The notes under the pieces: model-generated
What the model saw: the letters and a program-made list of their open reading frames with translations, nothing else
Databases searched by the model: none
Told to the model about the DNA's origin: nothing
Shown here: positions 10,145-19,100 of the stretch, piece by piece
Layout: the number at the start of each line of letters is the position of its first letter
How positions within the stretch are numbered: the first letter of the stretch is position 1
NCBI GenBank assembly: GCA_965217185.1
Contig: OZ244252.1
Location: 1,696,001 to 1,760,000, forward strand
DNA length: 64,000 nt
Direction: 5' to 3'
Source: an uncultured Candidatus Entotheonella sp.
GTDB taxonomy: Bacteria > Tectomicrobia > Entotheonellia > Entotheonellales > Entotheonellaceae
Translations under genes and position numbers: made by a program

Positions 10145-10327
10145 ATGAAGATGCTCGCCTTTTTCGTCGTGCTCTATCTCGCGCATCGCTTCATGTTGTC
10201 CCAATCGCTGGCATACAAGGCCCGGATGCAGCGGTTCGACCGCAAGATCACCTGGCTCAACATCATGCTGGTCACGTACCTGGCAATCAGCTTCCTCGTG
10301 AAGGTGGTGCGCCATTTTGTGTTCTGA
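10145..10327 (+). CDS. Small two-TM membrane protein
   Basis: 60 aa with two hydrophobic segments; fills the gap between metH and the Rieske gene on the same strand. Confidence 0.55.
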   Translation: MKMLAFFVVLYLAHRFMLSQSLAYKARMQRFDRKITWLNIMLVTYLAISFLVKVVRHFVF

Positions 10328-10342
10328 CGAAAGGAATTCGGC

Positions 10343-10696
10343 ATGTCGCATCCACAGGCCGGCACAACCGTTCGCCTGAGCAGCCTGCACGAGGTGCCCG
10401 AAGGCGCCGGGCGGGAGTTCAGGGTCGGCAAGCGCTTCATCGCCGTGTTCCGGTATGGCGGCGAATTTTTCGCTCTGGAGGACGTGTGTCCGCACGCCGG
10501 CGCGCCGCTGAGCGAGGGCCCCGTGCACAACGGCACCATCATGTGCATGTGGCATGCCTGGCGCTTCAACCTGCGCGACGGCGTTTGCGTCAACATCCCC
10601 AAGGCGCCGCCGGTGCCCACCTATCCGCTCACCGTGCAGGGCGACGACTTGTTCGTGACCCTGCCGAACGACAGCGAGGAAGCCCCCTCCGCATGA
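10343..10696 (+). CDS. Rieske-type [2Fe-2S] ferredoxin (NirD/dioxygenase ferredoxin-like)
   Basis: CPH...CMWH Rieske ligands; about 117 aa. Confidence 0.9.
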   Translation: MSHPQAGTTVRLSSLHEVPEGAGREFRVGKRFIAVFRYGGEFFALEDVCPHAGAPLSEGPVHNGTIMCMWHAWRFNLRDGVCVNIPKAPPVPTYPLTVQGDDLFVTLPNDSEEAPSA

Positions 10697-11226
10697 CCGT
10701 CAACGCGCCGTCAGATCGAATCCTTGGGTACCTTGGAGCCGTTTGGGGCCTTGCGGGCATCGCTGCCTTGCTGGGCTTCTCAGTATGGCGGCTGGCCGGG
10801 GTCGCCGCTAATGCCTGGTCATATGAATTTCATGTCCATCATTGGCTGGTCCTCGCAGCGCACGTCGCCTTCATGGCCTGGTCGGAGGGTTACCGCGGCT
10901 TTCAGCAGAACTTCTCACCGCGCATCGTAGCGCGCGCCCAGTATCTGATTGCGCATCCGCGCCCGGCGCACGTGCTGCTGGCGCCGTTTTTCTGCATGGG
11001 TTACTTCCACACCACAAAGCGGCGCATGATATCCGTGTATGCGCTGACGGTATTCATCATCCTGCTCATCGTTGCGGTGCGCTGGCTCGCGCAACCGTGG
11101 CGGGGGATTGTCGATGCCGGGGTGGTCGTCGGGCTGCTGTGGGGCCTCATTTCGATGGGCGCGTTCACGCTGCGGGCGCTGACCGCGGATGACTATCCGT
11201 ACGCTCCCGAAGTGCCGGAAGGCTAA
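10693..11226 (+). CDS. Hypothetical integral membrane protein
   Basis: ATGA overlap with the ferredoxin stop; 4-5 hydrophobic helices; SEGYRGFQ..FSPR and LAPFFCMGYFH motifs. Confidence 0.7.
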   Translation: MTVNAPSDRILGYLGAVWGLAGIAALLGFSVWRLAGVAANAWSYEFHVHHWLVLAAHVAFMAWSEGYRGFQQNFSPRIVARAQYLIAHPRPAHVLLAPFFCMGYFHTTKRRMISVYALTVFIILLIVAVRWLAQPWRGIVDAGVVVGLLWGLISMGAFTLRALTADDYPYAPEVPEG

Positions 11227-11269
11227 ACGCCGCAGGCCAATCCCAACCCTGTCATTTCTGGAGGTGGCT

Positions 11270-12862
11270 ATGTCCTGGGTCAAAACGGTGCCGTGCTCCG
11301 AGTTGCAACGTCGTCCAGTGGTATTTCAACACCCGCCGAAGCAGGTGGCCTTGTTCAGCGTCGAAGGGTCGGTTTACGCCATGGACAACCGCTGCCCGCA
11401 CGAGGGCTATCCCTTGGTCGAAGGCCAGGTTGACGGCGCCTGCACCCTCACCTGCAACTGGCACAACTGGAAATTCCGCCTCGACGATGGCCGCTGCATC
11501 CTCGGCGGCGACAACGTGCGGTCCTACGAGACGCGCGTTGAGGACGGCTACGTGTGGCTCAACTTGGCCGATCCGCCGCCGGAGGTCGTGCAGGCAGAGA
11601 TTCTGGACGGCCTGCACGAGGCTTTCCGCAAGCAGGAATACGACCGCATCTGCCGTGAGTTGAGCCGCCTGCACTTTCACGGCTTGGACCCGCTGGTGGC
11701 GGTGCGCCGGGCAGTTGAGTGGTCGCACGATCGCTTGGAGTTCGGCTTTGTGCACGCCTACGCGGCCGCCGCCGATTGGCTGACCCTGGCACGGCAGCTT
11801 GCCGGAGAATGGGAACCGCAACTCATCTGCCTGGCGGAATCCATCGACCACATGGCAAATACGGCCTTGCGGCACCCCGCTTACCCGTTTGGCAACGCCG
11901 GCGAGGCGTTTACAGCCCAAGGCTTCGCCGACGCGGTCGAGGCGGAAAATCCGCAGGCCGCCGAGGGGATGGTTCTGCAAGGACTGGCCAAGGGCCTGCA
12001 CTGGCACGATATGCACGAGGCACTGGCCAGTGCTGCGCTGGCCCACTACAACGATTTCGGCCACTCGCTGATCTACGTCTACAAGGCATCCCAACTGATC
12101 GAGCACCTGGGAGTGGAGGTCGAACCCTTTCTGCTGCCCACCCTGGCGCGGCACCTCTGCTACACCACACGGGAGGACCTGCTGCCCGACTTCCGGGACT
12201 ACGCCGGCGCCCTGGCGGCCTTGCAATCCGGCGCCTGGGGGACATCCAAGGCTTGTGAGCCCCTACCCTACCCAGCGACGACCAAACAGGCGCTGGCATG
12301 GGTGGTAAGAAACGCCGCCTTGCACACCCCGGAGGCGCTCTACCAGGCGCTCCTGGAGGCCCTGGCCCGTAACTTCCTCTGCTACGACGCCACCTACGAT
12401 ACGCAGTACCACCGGCCCGTGAGCGACAACGTCAGCTGGCTGAGCTTCACGCACGGCATCACTTTTGCCAACGCGGTGCGGACGCAGTGTGCCGCCCTGC
12501 CGGCGCTGTGGGCGCCGGGCCTGCTGCAGATGGCCTGCTTCGTGGGGCGCAACCGCCGCTATCTGGACCTGGAACTCGCACAAAGAGAGGGGGAATGGGC
12601 CGTCGCGGACCCCGACGGCTTCTTTGGAGGGATTGCTGAGTTGCTGCTGGACCACGGCCTGCGGGAGCCCATTTACGCCGCCCACGTCGTCAAGACGGCA
12701 CGGGCCGTGCAGGAGGAACTACCCGACGCCTCTGAGACGTGCCATTTCTACCTGCTCGCCAGCCTGAATCGCTTCCTCCACTCACCCATCAAGCAGAAGC
12801 ACGCCCGCCGCCTTGCTCGCCAAGCCGCAGCACTGGTCGGGCGGGACTTTCAGGCATCGTAG
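11270..12862 (+). CDS. Rieske [2Fe-2S] domain fused to a large His-rich helical domain of unknown function
   Basis: SD GGAGG; N-terminal CPH...CNWH; about 430-aa helical C-terminal region. Confidence 0.8.
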   Translation: MSWVKTVPCSELQRRPVVFQHPPKQVALFSVEGSVYAMDNRCPHEGYPLVEGQVDGACTLTCNWHNWKFRLDDGRCILGGDNVRSYETRVEDGYVWLNLADPPPEVVQAEILDGLHEAFRKQEYDRICRELSRLHFHGLDPLVAVRRAVEWSHDRLEFGFVHAYAAAADWLTLARQLAGEWEPQLICLAESIDHMANTALRHPAYPFGNAGEAFTAQGFADAVEAENPQAAEGMVLQGLAKGLHWHDMHEALASAALAHYNDFGHSLIYVYKASQLIEHLGVEVEPFLLPTLARHLCYTTREDLLPDFRDYAGALAALQSGAWGTSKACEPLPYPATTKQALAWVVRNAALHTPEALYQALLEALARNFLCYDATYDTQYHRPVSDNVSWLSFTHGITFANAVRTQCAALPALWAPGLLQMACFVGRNRRYLDLELAQREGEWAVADPDGFFGGIAELLLDHGLREPIYAAHVVKTARAVQEELPDASETCHFYLLASLNRFLHSPIKQKHARRLARQAAALVGRDFQAS

Positions 12863-13063
12863 AACACGGCATGTCAGCCGGTCACCGACGAAATTTCAAC
12901 TGCCACGCAATATTGTTATTTATCCACCCACATTGTTAGGTGTACACTGGCTCGCATTCCGCCTGAGCATTTATTCGTAGCATGTGCGCCGGCAAGCTCC
13001 CAAGCGCCCTTGTCGTGCGCTCCGCACCGGCACATGCGTCAACCTCACGAGAGGACGCAGTCG

Positions 13064-13333
13064 ATGGAAATTTTCGTCAGTAACATCCCGTTTACTTCCA
13101 CCGAGGACGACATCCGGCAACTTTTCGACGAATTTGGCACCGTGGAACGGGTCAGCGTCATTACAGACCGGGAAACCGGTCGCTCACGCGGCTTTGGCTT
13201 TGTGGGCATGCCGAACGACGACGAGGCGCGCGCCGCCATCGAGGCCCTGAATGGCATCGAGATCGAGGGCCGCACGTTGACCATCAACGAAGCTCGCCCG
13301 CGCGAGCCGCGCTCGAACCGCCGCGATTGGTAA
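13064..13333 (+). CDS. RRM (RNP-1) RNA-binding protein
   Basis: RNP2 IFVSNI, RNP1 RGFGFVGM, LTINEARPR. Confidence 0.93.
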   Translation: MEIFVSNIPFTSTEDDIRQLFDEFGTVERVSVITDRETGRSRGFGFVGMPNDDEARAAIEALNGIEIEGRTLTINEARPREPRSNRRDW

Positions 13334-13381
13334 ACCGAACCGCGCACCCTACAACCTTCCTGAAGCAAGGTAGAATGACGG

Positions 13382-14068
13382 ATGCACGAGGACCCTTCCA
13401 TCGTGATTTGGCCAAACTACCAGGAATTCCGAAGCTGGCTGGAAACGGAAGTCCACGGCCTCAGCGACGCTCAACTCAACTTCGACTCTCAAGACCCGGG
13501 GCGCGAATGGATGTGGTGGTCCATTCGCCGCCAGGTCAGCCACATCGCCTGGGTCTTCCTGGCGGTCATGCGGCGCCGTTGCCACACTTTTCTGTGGCCC
13601 GACGGAAACATCCCAACGCCGATCCGCTGGGAGGACCACAATCTCGCCAACATGAAGTCCGATCGCCGCCTCGATGAAGAACAGCACTGGGAAATCGGGG
13701 ATCTACTGGACAAAGTGAGGCTCGGGGCCGAGTGGGCCACGCAGGTCGTCGGCACGACACCGGTCGAAACCCTGCGCGCCACGCAGTCCGTGCACCGGGC
13801 CACGGCGTTCTGGAAGCATGTCATCCAGGTGCTGCCGCGCGGCGCCAACGTCGAGCCGGATGACCCCGGCCGCATTCGCTACACCTTGGAAGCCTCGCTG
13901 TGGATGTTGTACTGGGAGGTATTGGCGCATCTGTTCACGATTCAGCGCCTCAAACATGCTCAGGGCTTGGCGACCCGAGTCGCCATTCCGCGGGTGGGCT
14001 ATCTGACCTTGCCGGAGTATACGGGCGAGAGCGAGGAAGCCGCGCCGGGTTTCGTGCCCCTCACCTAA
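13382..14068 (+). CDS. DinB-like superfamily protein
   Basis: GLSDAQL..WSIRRQVSHIA N-terminal motif and E..AH...IQRL C-terminal motif. Confidence 0.65.
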   Translation: MHEDPSIVIWPNYQEFRSWLETEVHGLSDAQLNFDSQDPGREWMWWSIRRQVSHIAWVFLAVMRRRCHTFLWPDGNIPTPIRWEDHNLANMKSDRRLDEEQHWEIGDLLDKVRLGAEWATQVVGTTPVETLRATQSVHRATAFWKHVIQVLPRGANVEPDDPGRIRYTLEASLWMLYWEVLAHLFTIQRLKHAQGLATRVAIPRVGYLTLPEYTGESEEAAPGFVPLT

Positions 14069-14910
14069 TTCTCTGCCCCACCGGAATCGCTACCGTTCCA
14101 AGCGGTTTCATCTATCCCGGACAATAACCGGATACTGTACAACCGCGCGCTGGAACGGCTCTTCGTGTGACCCGACTGTGCCTCAAAACTAAGCCCGACA
14201 ATGGTTGGAGCTTGCTGGTGCTCACGCCAATAGTCGGGGAACTGCTCGCGGAAGTAATCCAACAAATTAACCCGATCGGTGAACACACCGCCCTCACCGC
14301 CACTACGCAGAGCGATGTATTTCACGTGCGGGTAAAGGCACAGGATCCGTGCGTCCGCGGGGCCCTCGCGCGGCGGGATGCAGGTATATATATCGCCGAC
14401 GGTCTCCGTCTCGCCCCAGAAAAAAGCCAGCATGCGCGGCAGATCGGGACGGCCGGCGGTGGGCAACTTGTCGCCGAAAAGCACCTGAACGACGATGGCA
14501 CGGTCGTTGCGATCATATAGGTCCATGGCGGCACCGCTGGGAAACGCCTCAACGCCCCAGACCAATTCCAGAACGGGGAATTCCTGCGGATCGAGATTGA
14601 CTTCACTGCCCCAGATGAAGAACGACTCGTCAGCCGCGACGCGTAGAAACCGGTTTTGAGCCGGCCCGGCGAAGTCCAGGGGTTTGCCTTTTCCGATCAA
14701 CACAATCGGCCACACCTGCTCCCAGCCGTTTTTTCGCAGCCATCTATTCGCCGAAACGATCGGCGCCTCCGCCCCGTTGGAAGCGCGGACATCCGCGTCT
14801 GGCATATCGGAAAAGCGCACGGTATATGCCTTCGGGGCTGTCCAGGCCATGGTGCTCGCCAAGTAGAGGACGATCAGCACCAACATCGTTCGCTGCCAGT
14901 TTCCTCGCAC
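14065..14910 (-). CDS. Exported protein, DUF3047-like
   Basis: GTG start with SD GAGGAGG; signal peptide; FPVLELVWGVEAFP.GA...NDRA, LAFFWG, KYIALRSG pattern. Confidence 0.5.
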   Translation of the reverse strand: MRGNWQRTMLVLIVLYLASTMAWTAPKAYTVRFSDMPDADVRASNGAEAPIVSANRWLRKNGWEQVWPIVLIGKGKPLDFAGPAQNRFLRVAADESFFIWGSEVNLDPQEFPVLELVWGVEAFPSGAAMDLYDRNDRAIVVQVLFGDKLPTAGRPDLPRMLAFFWGETETVGDIYTCIPPREGPADARILCLYPHVKYIALRSGGEGGVFTDRVNLLDYFREQFPDYWREHQQAPTIVGLSFEAQSGHTKSRSSARLYSIRLLSGIDETAWNGSDSGGAEN

Positions 14911-14932
14911 GTCAAGCCTCCTCGTAAAGGGG

Positions 14933-16357
14933 TTACGCCTCAGCCTTTTGCCGCAATGCCGTGAGCAACCGCTCATGGATGTTGTCAAAACCGCCGTTGG
15001 ACATGACAACCACCAAGTCCCCATCCTGTGCCTCACCCGACACCTGCGCAACGATGGCAGCGGTGTCCGGGTGGAACCACGCCGCCATCCCCCGCGCCTT
15101 CAACGCCTCAGCCACCTGCTGTTCCGACAGCCGTTCGTCGGCCGCAAGTTGCTCTTTGCGGTACACCTCGGCGATGACCACGCGGTCAGCGCGGCTCAGC
15201 GCATCGACGTAAGCCTCTTGAAACACCTTGCGTCGAGTCGTCGCGGAGCGTGGCTCAAAAACGGCCCACACACGGGCGCCGGGATACGCCTGCCGTAGAC
15301 CTTCCAGCGTCACGCCGACGGCCGTCGGGTGATGCGCGAAATCGTCGATAACCGTGACGCCGCCAACCTCGCCGCGCACCTCACACCGCCGCTTCAGGCT
15401 GGCAAAGCTCGCCAGCCCCGAGGCAATGCGTTCTTTCGGGACCCCCAGCCGGTGTGCGACGGCAATCGCCGCCAAGGCGTTACACACGTTGTGGGGACCA
15501 AACAGCGTTGTCACGAAACGCCCGAACCCTTTGCCGCCGTGGAGAACCTCCATCACCGTGCCGCCTGCCCCGGCGCCCCACTCAGCCGCCTGCCAATCGG
15601 CGCCCGCCTCCAATCCGTACGTCTGCACGCCGCCGGCAATCGCCTCTTCGGCGCATAAGGAGCGCACGCCGGGGTCGTCGGCGCACGCAATCAGGCAGCC
15701 CTCAGCGGGCAACAGGCGAACGAAGCGGGCGAAAGCCGACCGCACGTGCGCCAGGTCCCGGTAGATGTCGGCGTGGTCGAACTCCAAGGCCGTCAATACC
15801 GCCGTGCGCGGACGGTAATGCAGGAACTTGGGGCCCTTGTCGAAATAGGCGCTGTCGTATTCGTCGCCTTCCACGACAACATGCTCCCCACCACCCAAGC
15901 GAATGGGAGCAGGAAAATTGCGCATCACGGCGCCGACAAAAAAACCAGGGTCCAGACCAGCGTTCTCCAGAAGCCAAGCGATCAATGCCGTCGTGGTGCT
16001 CTTGCCGTGGGTGCCGGCGACCACCACGGCATGCCGCTCACCGATGAGAAAATGCGCCAACGCTTGCGGAAACGACATCACGGGAACGCCACTCTGCTCC
16101 GCCGCTTCGGCCTCGGGATTACCCCGCGACACGGCGTTGCCCACGACGACCAGATCGGGGCGCGGCTGTAGGTGGGCGGCCTTGAATCCCTCGTATAACG
16201 GGATACCCCAGTTTTGCAGTTGCGTGGACATCGGCGGATAGATGTGCTGATCGGAACCGGTGACCCGGTGGCCGAGGGTCTTCAGGAGGACGGCCAGGCT
16301 ACCCATGCCCGTGCCGCAGATGGCGATGAGATGGATGTGCTGCGGGCGTAGAGTCAC
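14933..16357 (-). CDS. mpl: UDP-N-acetylmuramate:L-Ala-gamma-D-Glu-meso-DAP ligase (murein peptide ligase)
   Basis: IAICGTGMGSLA, YPPMST, GTHGKSTT, EGDEYDSAYFDK, DDFAHHPTA, MSNGGF. Confidence 0.93.
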   Translation of the reverse strand: MTLRPQHIHLIAICGTGMGSLAVLLKTLGHRVTGSDQHIYPPMSTQLQNWGIPLYEGFKAAHLQPRPDLVVVGNAVSRGNPEAEAAEQSGVPVMSFPQALAHFLIGERHAVVVAGTHGKSTTTALIAWLLENAGLDPGFFVGAVMRNFPAPIRLGGGEHVVVEGDEYDSAYFDKGPKFLHYRPRTAVLTALEFDHADIYRDLAHVRSAFARFVRLLPAEGCLIACADDPGVRSLCAEEAIAGGVQTYGLEAGADWQAAEWGAGAGGTVMEVLHGGKGFGRFVTTLFGPHNVCNALAAIAVAHRLGVPKERIASGLASFASLKRRCEVRGEVGGVTVIDDFAHHPTAVGVTLEGLRQAYPGARVWAVFEPRSATTRRKVFQEAYVDALSRADRVVIAEVYRKEQLAADERLSEQQVAEALKARGMAAWFHPDTAAIVAQVSGEAQDGDLVVVMSNGGFDNIHERLLTALRQKAEA

Positions 16358-17448
16358 GCGGCGGCAACTCCCAAGGCGTGCATGACGAGGTCGTGCACCC
16401 GCGGGCGCAGCCGAGAAATGCCGTCGGCTCGCCGCGATGGATGCACACGATTGGTGCAGAGAACAACGCTGACCTGCCGCTCAAGGTCGATCCACAGGCT
16501 GCACCCCGTGAACCCCAGATGTCCAACGGCATTGGCGCTGAAAAACGATCCGGTGCTGGAGCGTCCCGGCGTCGGCGTGTCCCATCCCAGGGCCCGCGTG
16601 GTGCCCGGCGGAGCGGCCCGCCGCTGCCAGCTCTGACACAGCAACTCGGGAGACAGCCAATCGCGCCGTCCGGCGGCGGCTTCCAGCATGGCGTGCGCAA
16701 ATTCCCACACCCCGGCGGCGGTGGCGAACAGGCCGGCGTGCGCGGCAACGCCGCCCATAGCCCAGGCATTGGCGTCGTGCACCTCGCCCGACAGCACCCG
16801 CCCGCGCCAGTCGCAGCGCTCCGTTGCGGCGAAGCCCGACAGGTCGCCGTCACTCTCCGGTGCACCCAGCGGGCGGTACGCAACCCGGTTCAGACTTAAA
16901 GGCTGCACCACTCGTTGCTCGAACAAGTCGTCGAGCGGCTGCGCATAGCACGTTTCCAGAATATCCCCGAGCACGATGAAACCTAAATCGCTGTACACCG
17001 ATGCCTGCCCCGACCGGTAGGCAAGCGGTTCTTCCAGAATCAGCGCCGCCGCCCGACGCCGACGCTGCCGCCCCGTGCCGTTCGACCCCAGTTTGTCGTA
17101 CAAGGGCAACCAGTCGGCAAAACCACCGCTGTGCGACAGCAGTTGGCGCACGGTAACCGCGCCCACGCCGGCCGGCGCGGTAGGGTAGAAACGTCGCAGC
17201 GGATCGTCCAATTGCAGGGCGCCGTCCCGATGCGCCCCCAGCACCAGCGGTGTGGTGGCCATCACCTTGGTCAATGAGGCAATGTCAAACAGCGTCTCGC
17301 GCCGCATCGCCCACCGTTCTGGCACCCACGACGCGGCGCCGTATGCCTCGTGCCACACGACCTCGCCCCGGTGGGCCACGCAAACGACCGCCCCCGGCAC
17401 ATCGCCGCAGGCCACGGATTGCCGGAGGTAGGCATCCAGTCGCTGCAT
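16354..17448 (-). CDS. Serine hydrolase, beta-lactamase/PBP fold (AmiE/YbbE-like)
   Basis: SxxK (ASLTK), YSDLG, GEVHDANA, GHLGFTG; coupled to ldcA and mpl. Confidence 0.85.
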   Translation of the reverse strand: MQRLDAYLRQSVACGDVPGAVVCVAHRGEVVWHEAYGAASWVPERWAMRRETLFDIASLTKVMATTPLVLGAHRDGALQLDDPLRRFYPTAPAGVGAVTVRQLLSHSGGFADWLPLYDKLGSNGTGRQRRRRAAALILEEPLAYRSGQASVYSDLGFIVLGDILETCYAQPLDDLFEQRVVQPLSLNRVAYRPLGAPESDGDLSGFAATERCDWRGRVLSGEVHDANAWAMGGVAAHAGLFATAAGVWEFAHAMLEAAAGRRDWLSPELLCQSWQRRAAPPGTTRALGWDTPTPGRSSTGSFFSANAVGHLGFTGCSLWIDLERQVSVVLCTNRVHPSRRADGISRLRPRVHDLVMHALGVAAA

Positions 17449-17450
17449 GC

Positions 17451-18398
17451 TCAACACTCCCGCATGGTTACCGGCGACTCGCACAGCACCAGCCGCCCGC
17501 CGCGAATTGCAGCCCCGACGCCGAACGGCAGGGTCAGCGGCTGCGGACAATGACCGGCGGGAAAGCCGTAGAGAATCGGGAGGTCCAGGTCGCCCAGCAC
17601 GTCGACGATGACGTCCTTGGCGTCGTAAGGCAAATGGGCGTCAGCCTCGACCCGGTCGAAGTGCCCGAACACGAGGCCGCGCACACCCTGTAACAGGCCG
17701 GACAATTTCAAGGTCGTCAGCAGGCGGTCAATGGCGTACAGGCGCTCGCCCTTGTCCTCCAGGAACAAAATAGCGTCCCGCGTGCATGGCTGGAACGGCG
17801 TGCCGATAGCGCAGGCAAACACCGACAGACAACCGCCCAGTAAGCGTCCCTCGGCGTCGCCTGCGCGCAGCACCGTAAGGCCGTCCTGACAGGCATCCGG
17901 CGGTTGCATGGCTTCCATGTCCCCCGTCAGCACGCCCATCAATTGCTGCCGCGCCGCGGCGCTGAACTCGCGGCGCAAATCGCCGCACAACACAGGGCCG
18001 TGCAGGGTTGCAAGTCCGCAACAGGCATCGAGATAGCACAGCAGACTCGTGAGGTCACTGTAGCCCATGAATAGCTTGGGGTTGGCGCGGATGGTGCTGG
18101 CGTCTAGGAAGGGCGCCAGCCGTTGCGAGCCGTAACCGCCGCGGCAGCAGAAGATGGCCTTGATGTCCGGATCGGCGAACAGGGTTTGCAGTTCAGCGGC
18201 GCGCTCGGCGTCGCGCCCGGCGAGATAGCGGTAGCGCTCGAATACCCGCGGCTCGTAGCGCACCCGGAAGCCCATGTCGTGCAGCACCTCGATGCCCTCG
18301 TGCAGCGCCTCCTCCCGGAACGGGCTGGCCGGCGCCGCTAGGCCGATGCAGTCGCCTTCCCGCAGGGCGGGCGGCCGCACAACGGGCGTGGTCTCCAT
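17451..18398 (-). CDS. ldcA: LD-carboxypeptidase (peptidase S66)
   Basis: APASP, RGGYGS, GYSDLT (Ser), LED (Glu), GH (His). Confidence 0.92.
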   Translation of the reverse strand: METTPVVRPPALREGDCIGLAAPASPFREEALHEGIEVLHDMGFRVRYEPRVFERYRYLAGRDAERAAELQTLFADPDIKAIFCCRGGYGSQRLAPFLDASTIRANPKLFMGYSDLTSLLCYLDACCGLATLHGPVLCGDLRREFSAAARQQLMGVLTGDMEAMQPPDACQDGLTVLRAGDAEGRLLGGCLSVFACAIGTPFQPCTRDAILFLEDKGERLYAIDRLLTTLKLSGLLQGVRGLVFGHFDRVEADAHLPYDAKDVIVDVLGDLDLPILYGFPAGHCPQPLTLPFGVGAAIRGGRLVLCESPVTMREC

Positions 18399-18884
18399 CT
18401 ACGCGCCTGCCGTGCCGGCGGCGAGGTAGGCGGCCATCATGTCGAGCGCGTAGTCGGCGATCTGTTCCTGAATGCCATGCCGGTCGCCATCGAAGCGCGC
18501 CTCGGCATCCAACATGCCGGTCGGGGTGTGGAGGGCGAAATACGTCATCCCCAACGGCTTGGGAGAGCGCCCGCGAATCGGCCCGGCGATACCCGTCTCA
18601 GCCAGAACCAAGTCAGCCTGGCTGATGCGTTGCAATCCTACGGCCATGGCGCGGACCGACTCAACACTGACCACGCCGTATGCCTGCGTCACATCCGGGT
18701 CGATACCGAGGGCCTGGACCTTCGCCGCCTGACTGTATGCCACGATGCCGCGGTCGAAATACGCCGAGCTGCCCGGCAGGCGCACAAAACGCACCGAAAT
18801 CAGGCCACCGGTAGTGGTCTCGGCCAACGCCAGACGCCATCCGCGTTCGATCAGACGGGCGGCGATGGTTGTTTCGATTGGCAC
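18399..18884 (-). CDS. CinA/PncC family protein (NMN deamidase domain)
   Basis: AETTTGG, PGSSAYF, YSQAAK, GVVS, TGIAGP; stop abuts the ldcA start. Confidence 0.8.
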   Translation of the reverse strand: MPIETTIAARLIERGWRLALAETTTGGLISVRFVRLPGSSAYFDRGIVAYSQAAKVQALGIDPDVTQAYGVVSVESVRAMAVGLQRISQADLVLAETGIAGPIRGRSPKPLGMTYFALHTPTGMLDAEARFDGDRHGIQEQIADYALDMMAAYLAAGTAGA

Positions 18885-19100
18885 AGGAGAATTCCTTGGA
18901 GGCGGAAGTAAGGAGAGCGAAAACGGAAAGATTATAACGGATGTCGTCAAGGGGTCAGGGTGGCAATTTCCGGTCTGGGCAGGGGTTGTGTACAATGGGT
19001 CCCGTTAAACCAATCGGCGGAAACAGGGCATCGGATTTGAATCTGTCCTACGGGTACTGCGCCGTAATAAGGCGGGCGACCCAGACGAAAGGGCATCGCA

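Noticed and set aside
10126..10692. 366-aa ORF starting at 10126
   Set aside because: Its 5' half overlaps two better genes in other frames; the real start is most likely ATG 10693.
16354..17448. Beta-lactam resistance gene
   Set aside because: No signal peptide, and it is embedded between ldcA and mpl; a cell-wall recycling role is more plausible.
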